Below, piece by piece: positions 40,401-52,280 of a stretch of DNA of 64,000 nucleotides (the first letter of the stretch is position 1; each line of letters starts with the position of its first letter). Source of the stretch: Pavona decussata (taxonomy: Eukaryota); assembly GCA_977016875.1 (NCBI GenBank), contig CDRNST010000175.1, positions 744,001 through 808,000 on the forward strand, read 5' to 3'. Under the pieces are notes generated by a model. That model did no database searches, was not told the origin of the DNA, and worked only from the letters and a program-made list of their open reading frames with translations. The translations under genes were made by a program, and so were the position numbers.

Positions 40401-41436
40401 CTAATGCTCTCTTCGATGACCGTCAATAGCGACAGTGCAGGTGCAGTGATATTTCTGTTTTCAGATTTTTACAGGCGTCTTTCAGCGCACTGCTGTTACC
40501 CTACAATACTCTATTCGTATGCAAAATGAAAATGCTGGAGATACGTTGACAACCTCTGTTATCACGACATTTTACCTCCATAGGCGAACTATATACATCA
40601 CGAAAACTATAATTTGTTGTTTGATTGGTTTTAGTTGTTTCCACGAAACACCCCGCAATCCCTTAGTTAACGATTAGTGTTTAACAAAAGTACACGCCAA
40701 TACGAATGATCCGTCCTTGGTGTAAACTGGGTTGTGCCAGGTCACGAATCCGATACTGTCTGCTCTGATTGCTTTAACTTTCAAAGGTATTTTGCCCTCG
40801 TATATGTTTTAGCTTCACATTGCTTACAGTTCAGTTTAGGCTCCTGATAGGCAGAGGAGAACTTGGAAGAGAGAGGTGTTTTTTGAAAGCGTAATAGGTT
40901 GGATAATTTTTCGTCTAAAGTGATAAAAGACAGCGTCTACATTTTTGCTGTTATTAATATTTTTGGTAAATACCGAGCAAACAAACTTATGCTACTTTCC
41001 CTTTCAGTTGTTTTTTTTTTCCTAAACTGCGGAAAAGGCTATTGTGAAAGCCTCGCTTTCTTTGAACATTTTGTGTAAGGGATATGTGAAAGATTTTGAA
41101 GTCTCTGGTCAGTTCAGAATCTGAAACACGCCACCAAAAGTGGACATGAGGAGATTTGGCGGCAAAAAAAAAGAAAATACAGTTAACAGTTAGCCCAGTA
41201 TTAATTTTTTACCACTTCACCCACTAACTGCCAAGCGCTGACTATGACGTCAGTAAATCATATAGTTGGTAAAGATCTTTGAAAACGTGTCAAATTAATC
41301 ATACGAGAAAGGCAAGGCTGATTTCACGATTAAGGGAATACATTGATTTCAATATTTCGAAAGGCACAGCCTTTCTTTTTCAGGGCATTTTTTGTTATTT
41401 GCTTGACAATTTACTACTAATTGGGTCCTTTACTAC

Positions 41437-41586
41437 NNNNNNNNNNNNNNNNNNNNNNNNNNNNNNNNNNNNNNNNNNNNNNNNNNNNNNNNNNNNNNNN
41501 NNNNNNNNNNNNNNNNNNNNNNNNNNNNNNNNNNNNNNNNNNNNNNNNNNNNNNNNNNNNNNNNNNNNNNNNNNNNNNNNNNNNNN
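41437..41586. other. Assembly gap
   Basis: Run of N. Confidence 1.
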
Positions 41587-41767
41587 CAAACACAGTTACT
41601 TAAAATCAAGAGGAAATTTGGTCCAGTAGCACCTTTTGGTACTTTTCATTAACAATGTCTACTTCTCCCAAACTAAAGAGGCGTAGGGGGTGGGGAGAGG
41701 AGAGGGGTACATGCCAAGATACAGACTTTCGCATTGACTTGACTGTGAACGAATTTACTATTCAGTT

Positions 41768-42370
41768 AGGGCCTGTTTCCATGGAGGGTGGGTTACCGAG
41801 TGAAATGAAGGATGGATTACCGAGTTATCGTCCTATCAGAGCTAAAACATAGCCCGCCGTTACATGTGAAATGTCTAGCCCACCTATCCGGTCTGTGTCA
41901 GCGTCATCGAAGCGTGCTGCAGCATGGAAAAACGAATTACCAGTAAATACATGCTACTAAATCGTGCTTTTCCCTCCATAATCAACGCCACTTGACCTCA
42001 AAACGATATATTTCAGCGAAAATTCTGGAAGAGCGTTTATCCGAAAAATTTAACAATCGAATCAGCTCATATAACCAGTAACCAAAAAATGGGACCCTTT
42101 CTGTTTGAAAGTTACAAATTTTGACAGTGTTTAGTTCATATCTAAGTCAGTCAAAAACATGAAAAACGCGCGTAAAAACACAGCCCAGGTAGCCGCGTAA
42201 CCTTGGCTGGCAGTTTACATACAAAAACGATGACCTAGTGAGCAGAGAGGAGGACCCGGTCAAGCATGTAAACACTTCAGTTTGTTTTGTAAAGAACTGG
42301 GTGAAATATTGACCCGCACAGGGTAGCCGGGTTAGGCAGATCAGCCGCCCTCCTCCTATAAATAGGCTCT
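41768..42370. mobile_element. Degenerate Harbinger-like non-autonomous element
   Basis: Termini agggcctgtttccatggaggg / ccctcctcctataaataggctct, imperfectly inverted. Confidence 0.55.
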
Positions 42371-42532
42371 CAGAAACGATGGTTTTGGAAGCCCGACTTT
42401 CAGCCGCCTCCTCTCGTCGCTTTTTCTAGCTATGTTTTTGGCTGTTTGGTTGCAGTTTACGAAAGCGACGTCAGAAAATGTCATTTGTCGCTTCAAATTG
42501 CAGCGCCTTTTTTATGCAAGCTCAATGGTTTG

Positions 42533-43272
42533 TTCCCTGCTAGCAGAGGTCTCTGACGGCAAGAAGGAGAGAGACCTCTGCTGGCCTCCGACGAATCTTC
42601 TGTCGCTCATGCGCTAGTGTTTCCTGGCAACGACTAACATTTCAGCCGCATGTAACACGAGCTTCGCAAACCGGTTTGCGCGCAAAACAGCAGCCGCGGT
42701 AGGGCAATGTGTGAAATTACTGTTAGCTGTATGTGGAACTGCCACGGACCCCTCAACGACATCGCAAATTCAAAGAACATAATTCTCCATGGACACCAGT
42801 AAACCAGCAGCTGTACGCAAAGATGGAAACTGCCTTTTGTGCGGAGTAAATTTCGAATAAAGCGGCCAGAACACCTGACGATCGCTAAATACAGGAGATT
42901 GGAAAGCTACGGTTTGCGGTTTTTTGGATAATACTCCTGACTTTCAAAAGAAATCTTCACGGCTCTATAAGAAATGCGTTCGCAAAGTAGAATCGCGTTA
43001 ATCAAGCGAAATAAGGATTTGGAAGATGGCAAGCGCGTAACAATTGAAGTGCGAAACTTGTAAACTTAGTGGAAGCCATAACAACTGTGGGCTCAGAAAT
43101 TTCCAGCGTACAATCTGAACAGACCATGCGCATTGCATATTAACGGAAACCGGTTTTGAAAACCGGTCAGTTTCGACCAAAAATCTGGTCGGCGGCTACA
43201 TGAGAGAACACGTCGGGGGAAGGAAGAGGTCTCTCTCCCTTCTCGCCGTCAGAGACCTCTGCTAGCAGGGAA
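42533..43272. mobile_element. Non-autonomous DNA transposon with ~60-bp TIRs and a 9-bp TSD (Mutator/MULE-like)
   Basis: TIR ttccctgctagcagaggtctctgacggc is exact for 28 nt; flanks are aatggtttg (42524-42532) and aatggcttg (43273-43281). Confidence 0.85.
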
Positions 43273-44519
43273 AATGGCTTGTCTCTGTTATCACGACTTG
43301 TAAAGACAATTAGTCTTTAACCATTGGACTTACTAAAAATCAGAGACTGGGTAACACAGTGCCCGTTACAAGGCCTTCAGGCTACCGTACATTTTAAGAC
43401 TCCCAATATGAAGGGGGAAAGGTGCTAGCAGACAGAGGAGATCACTGTTGGTATATGCAAATTATTCTCATCCTGTTAATAACTATAATAAGTCTTTTCT
43501 TTGCTTAGCGTGGGGCTGATTGGCCATATATTTGTCGAGAAACGTCGTAGCACTTGTTATGTCTAGCTTTACTTACGTCTTTCATCCTGCCGAAAACAAA
43601 AACGTTTATTAAAGTTTGCTAATAAAGGACTGTGCAAAGTCAGAGAGAGATTATTTTTAAAACGTTTATAGACTGGCGATGTCAGCTTGACATGAACGCG
43701 AAAACCTCACCCCAGTAGGAAAGCTTAACTCATCACTGATGAGAAAAATTCCGGTAAGTCGTTTGATTCGATATTTCTCTATATACTAAAGAATATTCCC
43801 ATCTCATTTGTTCGAAGTTTAGTTATGTTGATTGGTATAAACCGGCGTCTTTTTATCCGCCTGTCGGGTCATTTATGCTACATCTAAATAAATGTGCATT
43901 ATTCATTGACGCTTAGTCGGAAAGAAAAAGAATCGAGAAGTAAATATGCAATCAGGTTGTTTGTCTCAAAATAAATATGCCACAAATAATGCCAAAGTGT
44001 CCGTATATGAATATCGGAACGAAATTTTTCTGACTCATGATCATTCATGGAATAGTCTAGGAGAAGACCTCGATGTTTTACTTAAGCCGAGAAGTTATTA
44101 CTGCTAAGTCTTCTGCACACAGAAATGTAATCTTGATTGGGATTTTGCTTTGAACGAATTTTGTATGTAGTGTTCAGACAACAAGAAAACTGGTACATAA
44201 CCTTGCAAACACTACTCTTAAATCTGGAAAAGTTTTCACAAAAAAAAAGATGAGAAAAAATACATTGTCCAATATACCGAAAACCAAGAGCACATTGAAC
44301 TGAATATTTTGAACTCTTCAAGGATCAACATGCATTTCTCCTTCGTGTACTCTGTATATTCGCAAATCAAAACATTCCATTTTTGCGATCAACTGCTATA
44401 TTCTCATGATCTGTAGGCATGTTATGGAGAAATGAGCTGCTGAAAATTATTGGCGATTTCCGTCGGGAGGGGTTTCGCTGCTGTAATAATCGGTAACTAT
44501 CGGATTTCCCCCTGTTCCG

Positions 44520-45102
44520 TGATGTTACCATGGCTACGTGTTTCTCCTCTTCTGTTCAAATAAGAGGCCATATCAGGCAATTCGTTAATTACTTGTCGTG
44601 AGCAGAACATGTCGGAAGCGATTTGACACCAAATTAATTTTCGCCTTTCAACGTGCCCTGCTATCGAAAATTCGGAATCAACAGACTTTGTTTCGTGGAA
44701 GACAGCATGCTGTTGTAAAATGAACACGATCAAAAGGAAGATTGGTTTTATAGCACGGTATGGCGGTATACGGCGTAACGCAAAACAGCTATTTTTGCCA
44801 CGAATAAATTTGGCGCAATGCAGCTTTCGCACCCGCAAACCAATAATAAGAATTCATATCATTATTGTTGTAAGGAGTTGATAGTAGAACGTCTTGGTTT
44901 AGCCATAGTAATTGGAATGTTCTGATTGGAGTTTCTGTGGTATATTTAAATTGCGATTTTCATGAGGTTTCTCTACTTTCAAATGTCAACAAAATGAATT
45001 AATGTTTTGATCAATTATCAGATGTTTTTACATTGCAGCTGCCACTGAAAGCAAAGCAAGCAGGGAAGAACGCAGGCAAATCCTTCCACAGGCCTCTTTT
45101 CG
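44520..45102 (+). promoter_or_regulatory. Candidate promoter and non-coding first exon of the second GPCR
   Basis: X-box-like gttaccatggctac (44524-44537), CCAAT and two ATTGG (44840-44929), TATA-like tatatttaaa (44941), donor CG|gtaagt at 45103; acceptor at 47980-47981. Confidence 0.35.
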
Positions 45103-47983
45103 GTAAGTGCACCCATGTTTAAATTTGTCTAAATTGTGTTCGTTTTCTCCACTTTCAACACAAACTCTAACAATTAACGTTATAGCTTTCGGCAAGATCT
45201 GTAAGTAAAAAACATTTACTAAAAACGTGCGCATGCATAAAGAATTGGAAATGTTCAATTATCGAAATAAGTTTTAATTTCTAGTAATGTCTCTTGTACC
45301 AGGCAGGATTAAGCTTTGGCCAGCACTTTGTCAATTATCGCCTTTAATGAATTTTCTCTACCACTTACAAACTAAATTTCGAATGAAACAGAGCGAACAG
45401 AAAATGCTGCGGTTTTGGGGGGATCACTGAAGCTTTTGCTCTGATATCTTTGATCGATGACAGACTCGCATCCTATTTCCTACCAAGTCGTACAGTGCGA
45501 TAATTGTTTCTTCACGTAATTACTATTTCACATAAAATACTACACGGACTACGGAAAAAACTTTAGTAAAACACCCCGTGAGAGAATTAATGAAAAGCAA
45601 ATATATGACAGTCACAGTACTATGTAAGAAATAATGCAAAGTAAACAATTTCACAGGTGATTATTTGTCTTGTTTGGCATTTGTTCCCTTAAAAAGCGTG
45701 AATGTGACTTTTTTTTCGCCGTGAAATTATTTACCTAAAACACAGATATGACATACAAGAGTCAAGAATTCTGCAGACATTTCTGTTAAAAGTTAGCCCA
45801 GATAAAAAGATCAACAAACACGTATATAATAACCATTAGGGTTTTTGAAAGTCGCCACTTCGGGTTATGGTCCAATAAAAATGTGGTCAGGTTTATCTTA
45901 TCTTTCATTGTACATACATCTTCTTTTAATTTTCGTGACCGTCTTAATTCCAAGTGTTATTTCTTATTACAAGCTAACCATATATTTCTCTGAGTCACAA
46001 TAAATTACGTTAGAGGGCATTAAAGACTAGTTTGGAGTTTGGTCCTCAGTACAGAAAGAAAAAACACCAACGCCACTTCACGGCGATCAATCGCAAAAAG
46101 TTAGCGTCAGTTCTGGTTCCCCGTGCCTTGCACGGAAATTTGTATCAGAGAACGGGGTAGGATCTCGGGGTAGAAACAGCTATTTCAATGAACGTTGTCG
46201 GAAAACCTACACAACAAGAATGCAAGGTGATTCGTTAATTTAATAATAAATTTACCAATCTCAGATATGGCACAACCCTGCAGAAAATAAATCACAAAAG
46301 CAAATGTTTATGGTATTTCCTCTGAGAACCTTGAATTACAGCCGAATTTCAAAAGATGATAGCTTCCCATACAACCTTTCTGTCTTGTCGCGTAAGCTCG
46401 AGGCCTGAAAATTCGAGATCGCTAATTGAACCACGATTCCCCTAAATACAACAGCAATACAAAAATTTAAAAACACCATGGGCCAACACTTGGCTTATGC
46501 AAACGCACCGTGAGGAAGAAAATTTTACGCCGAGAAAAAGAAAAAAATGTAAAGCGTTCAGTTTCTATACGTAAATAACCAACTGTCCAGCACTAAACCC
46601 GAATTACATGAAAAAATGAAAAGAAATCACTTAGCTTATATTAACCATCACATAACAACACAAATCGAAGGCCTGTGAAACTTCCGGCCTCTGGACAAAG
46701 AAGCGAATAGTAACGAATGGATCGACAAAGGCGATAACAACTTATTTACGAAATTACTACAAACCTATATCCCGATTTTAGGTTAACAAGAGGCATGATT
46801 CTTTTCGCTTTGTTACCAATTAGTAGTGTCACGCAACGGTAACACAAGAGGTGTGATGGAAATCAAAAATAAAAGTAACACAGTGGCCAAAAGAAACAAG
46901 CGTTTTTTCCAATGATGTTGCACGATGTTTTACTCCTTCCAAATCAAGATCGCGCGCCACATTTTAGTCATTTGGCAAAATTAAAAGCATTTTGCGCGAA
47001 CCATTGGTTGTGCCAGTGGTTTGTGCAAACTGGAAAAGTGAACGAGGAGGGATTGGGGAGAGGGACGAAAAATTAAGACTGCGGAAGTTTCTTTGTTGTT
47101 CAAGTTTCTGAGGAACTCAGTCACTCAAAACATAACAACCAAACGCAATTATCATATTAAATTGATCTTTTCAATGGTTCTGTTGCCTTAAATAGTAAAT
47201 TGCCCGACTATGGAAATAACATATAAGAACTATCAGCTCAAACAAATATTTGTGTTTCACGACCATAAATGATCCATCGCAATGAGAGAAAAAATTTACG
47301 TTTTAGGCAAACTTGAACATCTGATGAAAATATTACCATTTGCAAAGCGTTAACACGCTTGATTCACATAATATACTTCAAGAAAGAAACTAATATTTTC
47401 TAAATGGACACATCTTAACGGACAGCTGTACGGCAGTCGACAAAAATGAATATTTTTGCTTTTATTAAACAAAGTTGTTATTAGCACAGCAAGACTCCAT
47501 CTTTTAATGCCCTTTTGTGCGTTTCACAACAATAATTTCATGGGCTAGAACTATAATACTTATCGCACTAAACAGCAATTTAACAAAGGCTTCCGCTTAT
47601 ACTTTGCTGTTAAACTTCTTTGTACATCAGTTATCGCACATTAGGTAGCTTTGTTCAATCGCATACTACACGTGAATGGTTTTTGGCAAAATCATGCAAA
47701 TTTGCGGCGATTCCGTGTTATGAGCTACCGGTGTCATTAGTTTCACATCGATGCACGTTATTACGACGCACTTAGTGCAAACTAGAGTATATAACAGCGT
47801 ATTTATCCCGCGTTTTCAATTCTTGACGAATTTTGAAAAAAAAAATTGATTAGCAACAACTTTCCAGTCAGCAGCTAGGTTGCATCCGGTCCCGACTTGT
47901 AAGACCCTTGTTTGTTTTCCAGCGCAGGATTAACATCTGTTTATATTTGGACTGTAATACTTTTTGTGTTCTTTGATACAGGG

Positions 47984-49069
47984 ATGGATATAGGAGGGAA
48001 TATCACAACCGCCTCGCCACGTGTATTCACCGATATGTCCACTAAACTGACCAAGATTGACCCAGACGTAACACATATTGTCGCAGCCGTGTTCGTCGCG
48101 CTACAGATTTTAGTTGCTCTTGGAGGAAACTTCATCGTCATTGCAAGCTTTTGCACATTCAGGGACCTACGGACAAAATGCAACTTTTTCATCATATCTC
48201 TGGCAATCAGTGATATCCTGGTGGCTTTGATAGCAATGCCCTTTTGGCTTACGCTTCAGCTAACCAGGAATGACTGGATCTACGACAAGAGACTGAAATC
48301 GTTTTGGGATTGCATGGATATTCTGTGTGGTACAGCATCTATAATGAACCTGACTGCCGTGAGTTTTGACCGCCAATTGGCCATCACATCTCCGTTTGCT
48401 TATCCTAAGATCCTAACGACTCGGCGCGCTATTTACATCATATGCTTCGTATGGTGTTACGCTGTCGCCATTTCATGTTCAAAGCTGATTTCAGCACCTG
48501 AACAAAACTGGCCATATCCAAACTATCTATGGTTCGTATCTATGGTGAGCTTCTTTCTACCTTTGGTAATCATGTTGGTTATGTACACTCGAATCTACCT
48601 TGTGGCAAGATACCAGGCTAAACGAATTGGCAGAAACTACGCCACGGACATCAAAGCCGCTAAGACAATTGCGGTTGTGATTGGAGGGTTTGTGATCTGC
48701 TGGCTGCCGTTCTTCATAATTGTCTTATCGTATGCGAATCGTAAGTCCCCCCCAATCACTTTCCTTAACGTCGCCAAATGGCTCGAGTACTTAAATAGCT
48801 GCTTAAACCCGGTCATTTACACATGTCTAAACAGAACTTACAGAAACGCGTTCAAAAAACTGTTCCGTCGCTGTCGGATGAAAATTATGAGAGATCACAG
48901 GGACCCTTCGACAGGTACGAGCTGGCTGAGCATGGCTGAAACGCACGCGATAACCCATCGGGAGGTATCATCTGATCACAGCGCTCCCACGACTCCAAAC
49001 GGTAGGGCCATTGAGGACGTGAACGAAAACTTACCCCTAAAAGAGAACTTGAGGGAGCCGGAGACATAA
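47984..49069 (+). CDS. Class A GPCR, biogenic-amine-receptor-like, 361 aa; paralog of 11336-12406
   Basis: GN, SLAISD, Asp3.32, DRQ, SMVSFFLP, CWLPFF, NPVIY. Start placed at ATG 47984 (MDIGGNIT), just after the acceptor tttttgtgttctttgatacag. Confidence 0.96.
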   Translation: MDIGGNITTASPRVFTDMSTKLTKIDPDVTHIVAAVFVALQILVALGGNFIVIASFCTFRDLRTKCNFFIISLAISDILVALIAMPFWLTLQLTRNDWIYDKRLKSFWDCMDILCGTASIMNLTAVSFDRQLAITSPFAYPKILTTRRAIYIICFVWCYAVAISCSKLISAPEQNWPYPNYLWFVSMVSFFLPLVIMLVMYTRIYLVARYQAKRIGRNYATDIKAAKTIAVVIGGFVICWLPFFIIVLSYANRKSPPITFLNVAKWLEYLNSCLNPVIYTCLNRTYRNAFKKLFRRCRMKIMRDHRDPSTGTSWLSMAETHAITHREVSSDHSAPTTPNGRAIEDVNENLPLKENLREPET

Positions 49070-51014
49070 GACCACGACAACTCTTGTTATGACGGTCTTC
49101 AGAAAAAAAGGTGACTGTTGAAGTTAGCATTGTTCTTAAGGAAATGAAAAAATTGTGGTTGAAGCGATAACATAAACAATGACTCTGAAAGGCAGTAAGG
49201 ATAATCAAAGATCAAACAAAAAGAAATATTAAGTAAAGTTTGCGCAAGATCTCTCTTTCTACTCGAAGAGCGAAATCGTTGGACGTTTTAATACTTTCGA
49301 AAGGCTGATAACTGCTATCTCTTCTTAAACATCTCGAACATTCAGCATAAACGTGAAAATATTTTAATGCACAGTTGTTTAACCCAAGATAAGTGTAAAT
49401 AACCGAAGGGAATAACAAATAATGCAATGGAAAAGAATTTGTTGAATTCTAAAAACATGTTAATATCATATTAGAAGAATTGTATTTGCCGTATGTAAAA
49501 ATAAAGTACCGACGAAAAGATACCAGTTATTTGTGTCACCGCACTCTATCATATACCATATTAAAATTCGCTCCACAAACCAATTAAAGCTCATATAAAT
49601 TAGTCGTTTACAAATTAGCAGCGAAGCATAAACTTGAAGTACATAAATTGATTGCATTACGACCTGATACAAAACAGAATGCTCTCATAGTTTACACGTT
49701 TATCCGGCTATAGATGAAAAAATGGGTACAAACTTGGCTATACATTAGTACATCACGCACTGCTGATAGGCTCTTCGTCGCTGAAGTTCAACACTCTTAA
49801 ACGGATTTATTAACAAGCCATTTGTTTTTGTTTATCAATATTTTCATTGCTTCTAACTGTTTCAAGTTATATGGTTTAAACCTCCAAACACGTTTTGTCA
49901 ACCAAATCCCAAAAAAAGTCGAAGAATTTAAAGCCGAAACAGCGAATGCGACGTCTAAACACCTCGGACGAAAATGTCAAAGATATCAATGGATTTTCAA
50001 ACTTGTAGGATTCGTTTTAATTTCCAACACTTAAATAAACAGTTTTTTCTAACTGAAGAAACTGGAAGAAATTTCTAGATTAGTTTCAATTATTATTTGA
50101 AAATCGACCATTATTTCTTGTCAAAACTATCAATGCTTGCTTTCATAACCGGCACGCCAGTTTATGTAGATCTTTAAAATTACTTACCTACGGCAGAAAA
50201 AAGAAAGTGAAACATTTCATAATACACGATGCTAAAAAATCATGAATAAGACCGAATATAACGAAACTACGAAGGCATTTAGCAACAAGGTGGGGAATGT
50301 TTGCAATATGGATAAATACCGCCATAGCTATAATATCTGCGTTTGAATTTTGAACCTCTGATAGTTCGTTCTGCCTCGATGGAGTCAAATCAGCAAACCG
50401 GATATGATTAATGTTACAAGTCATAACTCCGAACATGTACAAATAGCAAGTTACCTATAGCCTCTGGCAACTCACATGTGTCATTCTGTGACAAAGACCG
50501 CCCGCCGGGCCCAACTGACAACATCTTCTGATTGATAATCGCACAGATGAGGTTGTATACATCCAGCGTTAAATATGTTAAAAGCTCCAGCCGCAGGCTG
50601 AAGCTGATAACACTCACGGATACCACAAAAACCGAATAAAAGAACAGTTTCATCAAACGATTTCTGTATTAAGGATACTCGCAATAGGGTTCTTGGCCTT
50701 GTTCTGTCTTTTGAAAGCAAAATTACGCATAGAAAGCAATCACCTTATCTAGCACCAGAAATGGTTCTCAAGTCTAAAACTCCGGCTCGAACGTAAAAAC
50801 TATAAAGGCACTATAATTCTAACGTCCGACAGTCAGCACTGCAAATGTCAACTAAAACATAACCATGCAGTCAAAAGCATCATTTTGAAGAACTTCAAGT
50901 TGCTGAAACTGGTACAATTTACATTCGTCCTTTAAAAATGTTAGCTTCAATCGCGTTAAAATCTTAAATTTTCACTTTTTCCCCATAAAATTCTACCCCC
51001 CCCCCCCCCCAGCC

Positions 51015-51335
51015 CCTATCGCTCGACACTTTAATCTTCGTAACCATTGTTACAAACAAGTGGCAGTCTGTGGCATTTCTCTGCTTTTGCGGCTTTCTGT
51101 GTTAACAGAAAGCCGCAAAAGTTTAGAACAAAAATTAATGTTCTAAATCGGCCCCCTTCAACCCCACGGAATCAACGAACGCTTTTCATCCGACTAATTT
51201 ATTCTTGTTTTTCCTCGTTACCATGCTCCCACCAATAGCGCAGTTCCACCACCAACCACTGATAACACACAACCCACAATTCCACGATTCGCTCTGACGA
51301 AGGGCTAACGCTCGAAACGTCAGCACTCGAATCGC
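51015..51335 (+). mobile_element. Penelope-like retroelement 3' fragment
   Basis: ARHFNLRNH..VAVCGISL / ESRKSLEQKLMF*IGPLQPHGINERFS (GIY-YIG C-terminus with a stop), followed by the 3' region carrying a hammerhead. Confidence 0.85.
51286..51333 (+). ncRNA. Minimal type I hammerhead ribozyme (Penelope-associated)
   Basis: GCU-[CUGACGA]-AGGGC-UAAC-GCUC-[GAAA]C-GUC-AGC; helix I gct/agc extended by gattc/gaatc; palindromic ACGU helix III; predicted cleavage after 51321. Confidence 0.85.
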
Positions 51336-51498
51336 TGAGGAGTTTTTGTGCTTTACTTTAGTAGTTTTCAAGCATAAATGTCAGGTTAAAAATTGCCACC
51401 ACCCAAAAAGCCCAATGTACAAAAAAATAATAGTTCTTTGAACAGAAGAGAAAGTGTTGGGTTTCATTTTTCTTCGTGAAATATTTATAAAAAAATAA

Positions 51499-51529
51499 AG
51501 AAGAAGAAGAAGAAGAAGAAGAAGAAGAA
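51499..51529. repeat. (GAA)n microsatellite
   Basis: About 10 GAA units. Confidence 0.95.
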
Positions 51530-51889
51530 CGACCGAAATCAGTCGATCCTACAGATTTTTTTCTTCACCTACCTAAACGTTTGTATAGGTTGAGTAGCTA
51601 AAGCCCTTTTAAAAAGCTTCGTCATTAAGTGTCTGACTAGATTCCAAAATAACAAATTATTTTAAATGAAGGGCTCCGCATCACCGTTGCTCTAAAATGC
51701 TGTTGTTTGGAAACCAATGAAAAACCAAACTTCAGTCAAATGTTGAAAAATGGTCTTGCAAAAAGGAAATCGAAACTTGTCTTCTATGCCGAATTATAAT
51801 TTCAAAATATACACTAAACCTGTTGCACGCCTCCTTAAATTGAGTGTCGAAAGTATTTCGCATTTGCTCATTTGCACTTTCTCAGCTAA

Positions 51890-52280
51890 TAAACCCTTCT
51901 CCAAAATGGCGGCAACAGATTTGAATGAGTTAAAATTGAACTGAATGAAAAACTGATACCAGCACTAGAAAGAGCACCTTTACTTTAGTAACCTTGCAAA
52001 GTTTCAGCATATTAAGTGTTATATCAGCTTACTAGGAAATGTAAAATGAAATTTGACAAATTTACAGACGTTGTATGACTGGGGGTATACGTCATGCCCC
52101 CAGTCATAAAAACGTCTGTAAATGTTTCTTTTTTCAACTTACATTTTCTCAGCTGATATTACACCTGATATGCTGAAACTTTGCAGGGTTACTAAAGTAA
52201 AAGTGCTCTTTCTAGTGCTTGTATACGTTTTTAATTTTTACTTATTTTAATTTTTGGCCGCCATTTTGGAGAAGGGTCTA
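51890..52280. mobile_element. Fully palindromic ~390-bp MITE with TA ends
   Basis: acccttctccaaaatggcggc / gccgccattttggagaagggt; the arms pair through to tatgactggggg / cccccagtcata around an ~11-nt loop. Confidence 0.9.

Noticed and set aside
47912-47983. 24-aa N-terminal extension of GPCR 2 in the ORF track
   Set aside because: It starts at TTG and runs through a polypyrimidine tract and acceptor, so it is most likely intron.
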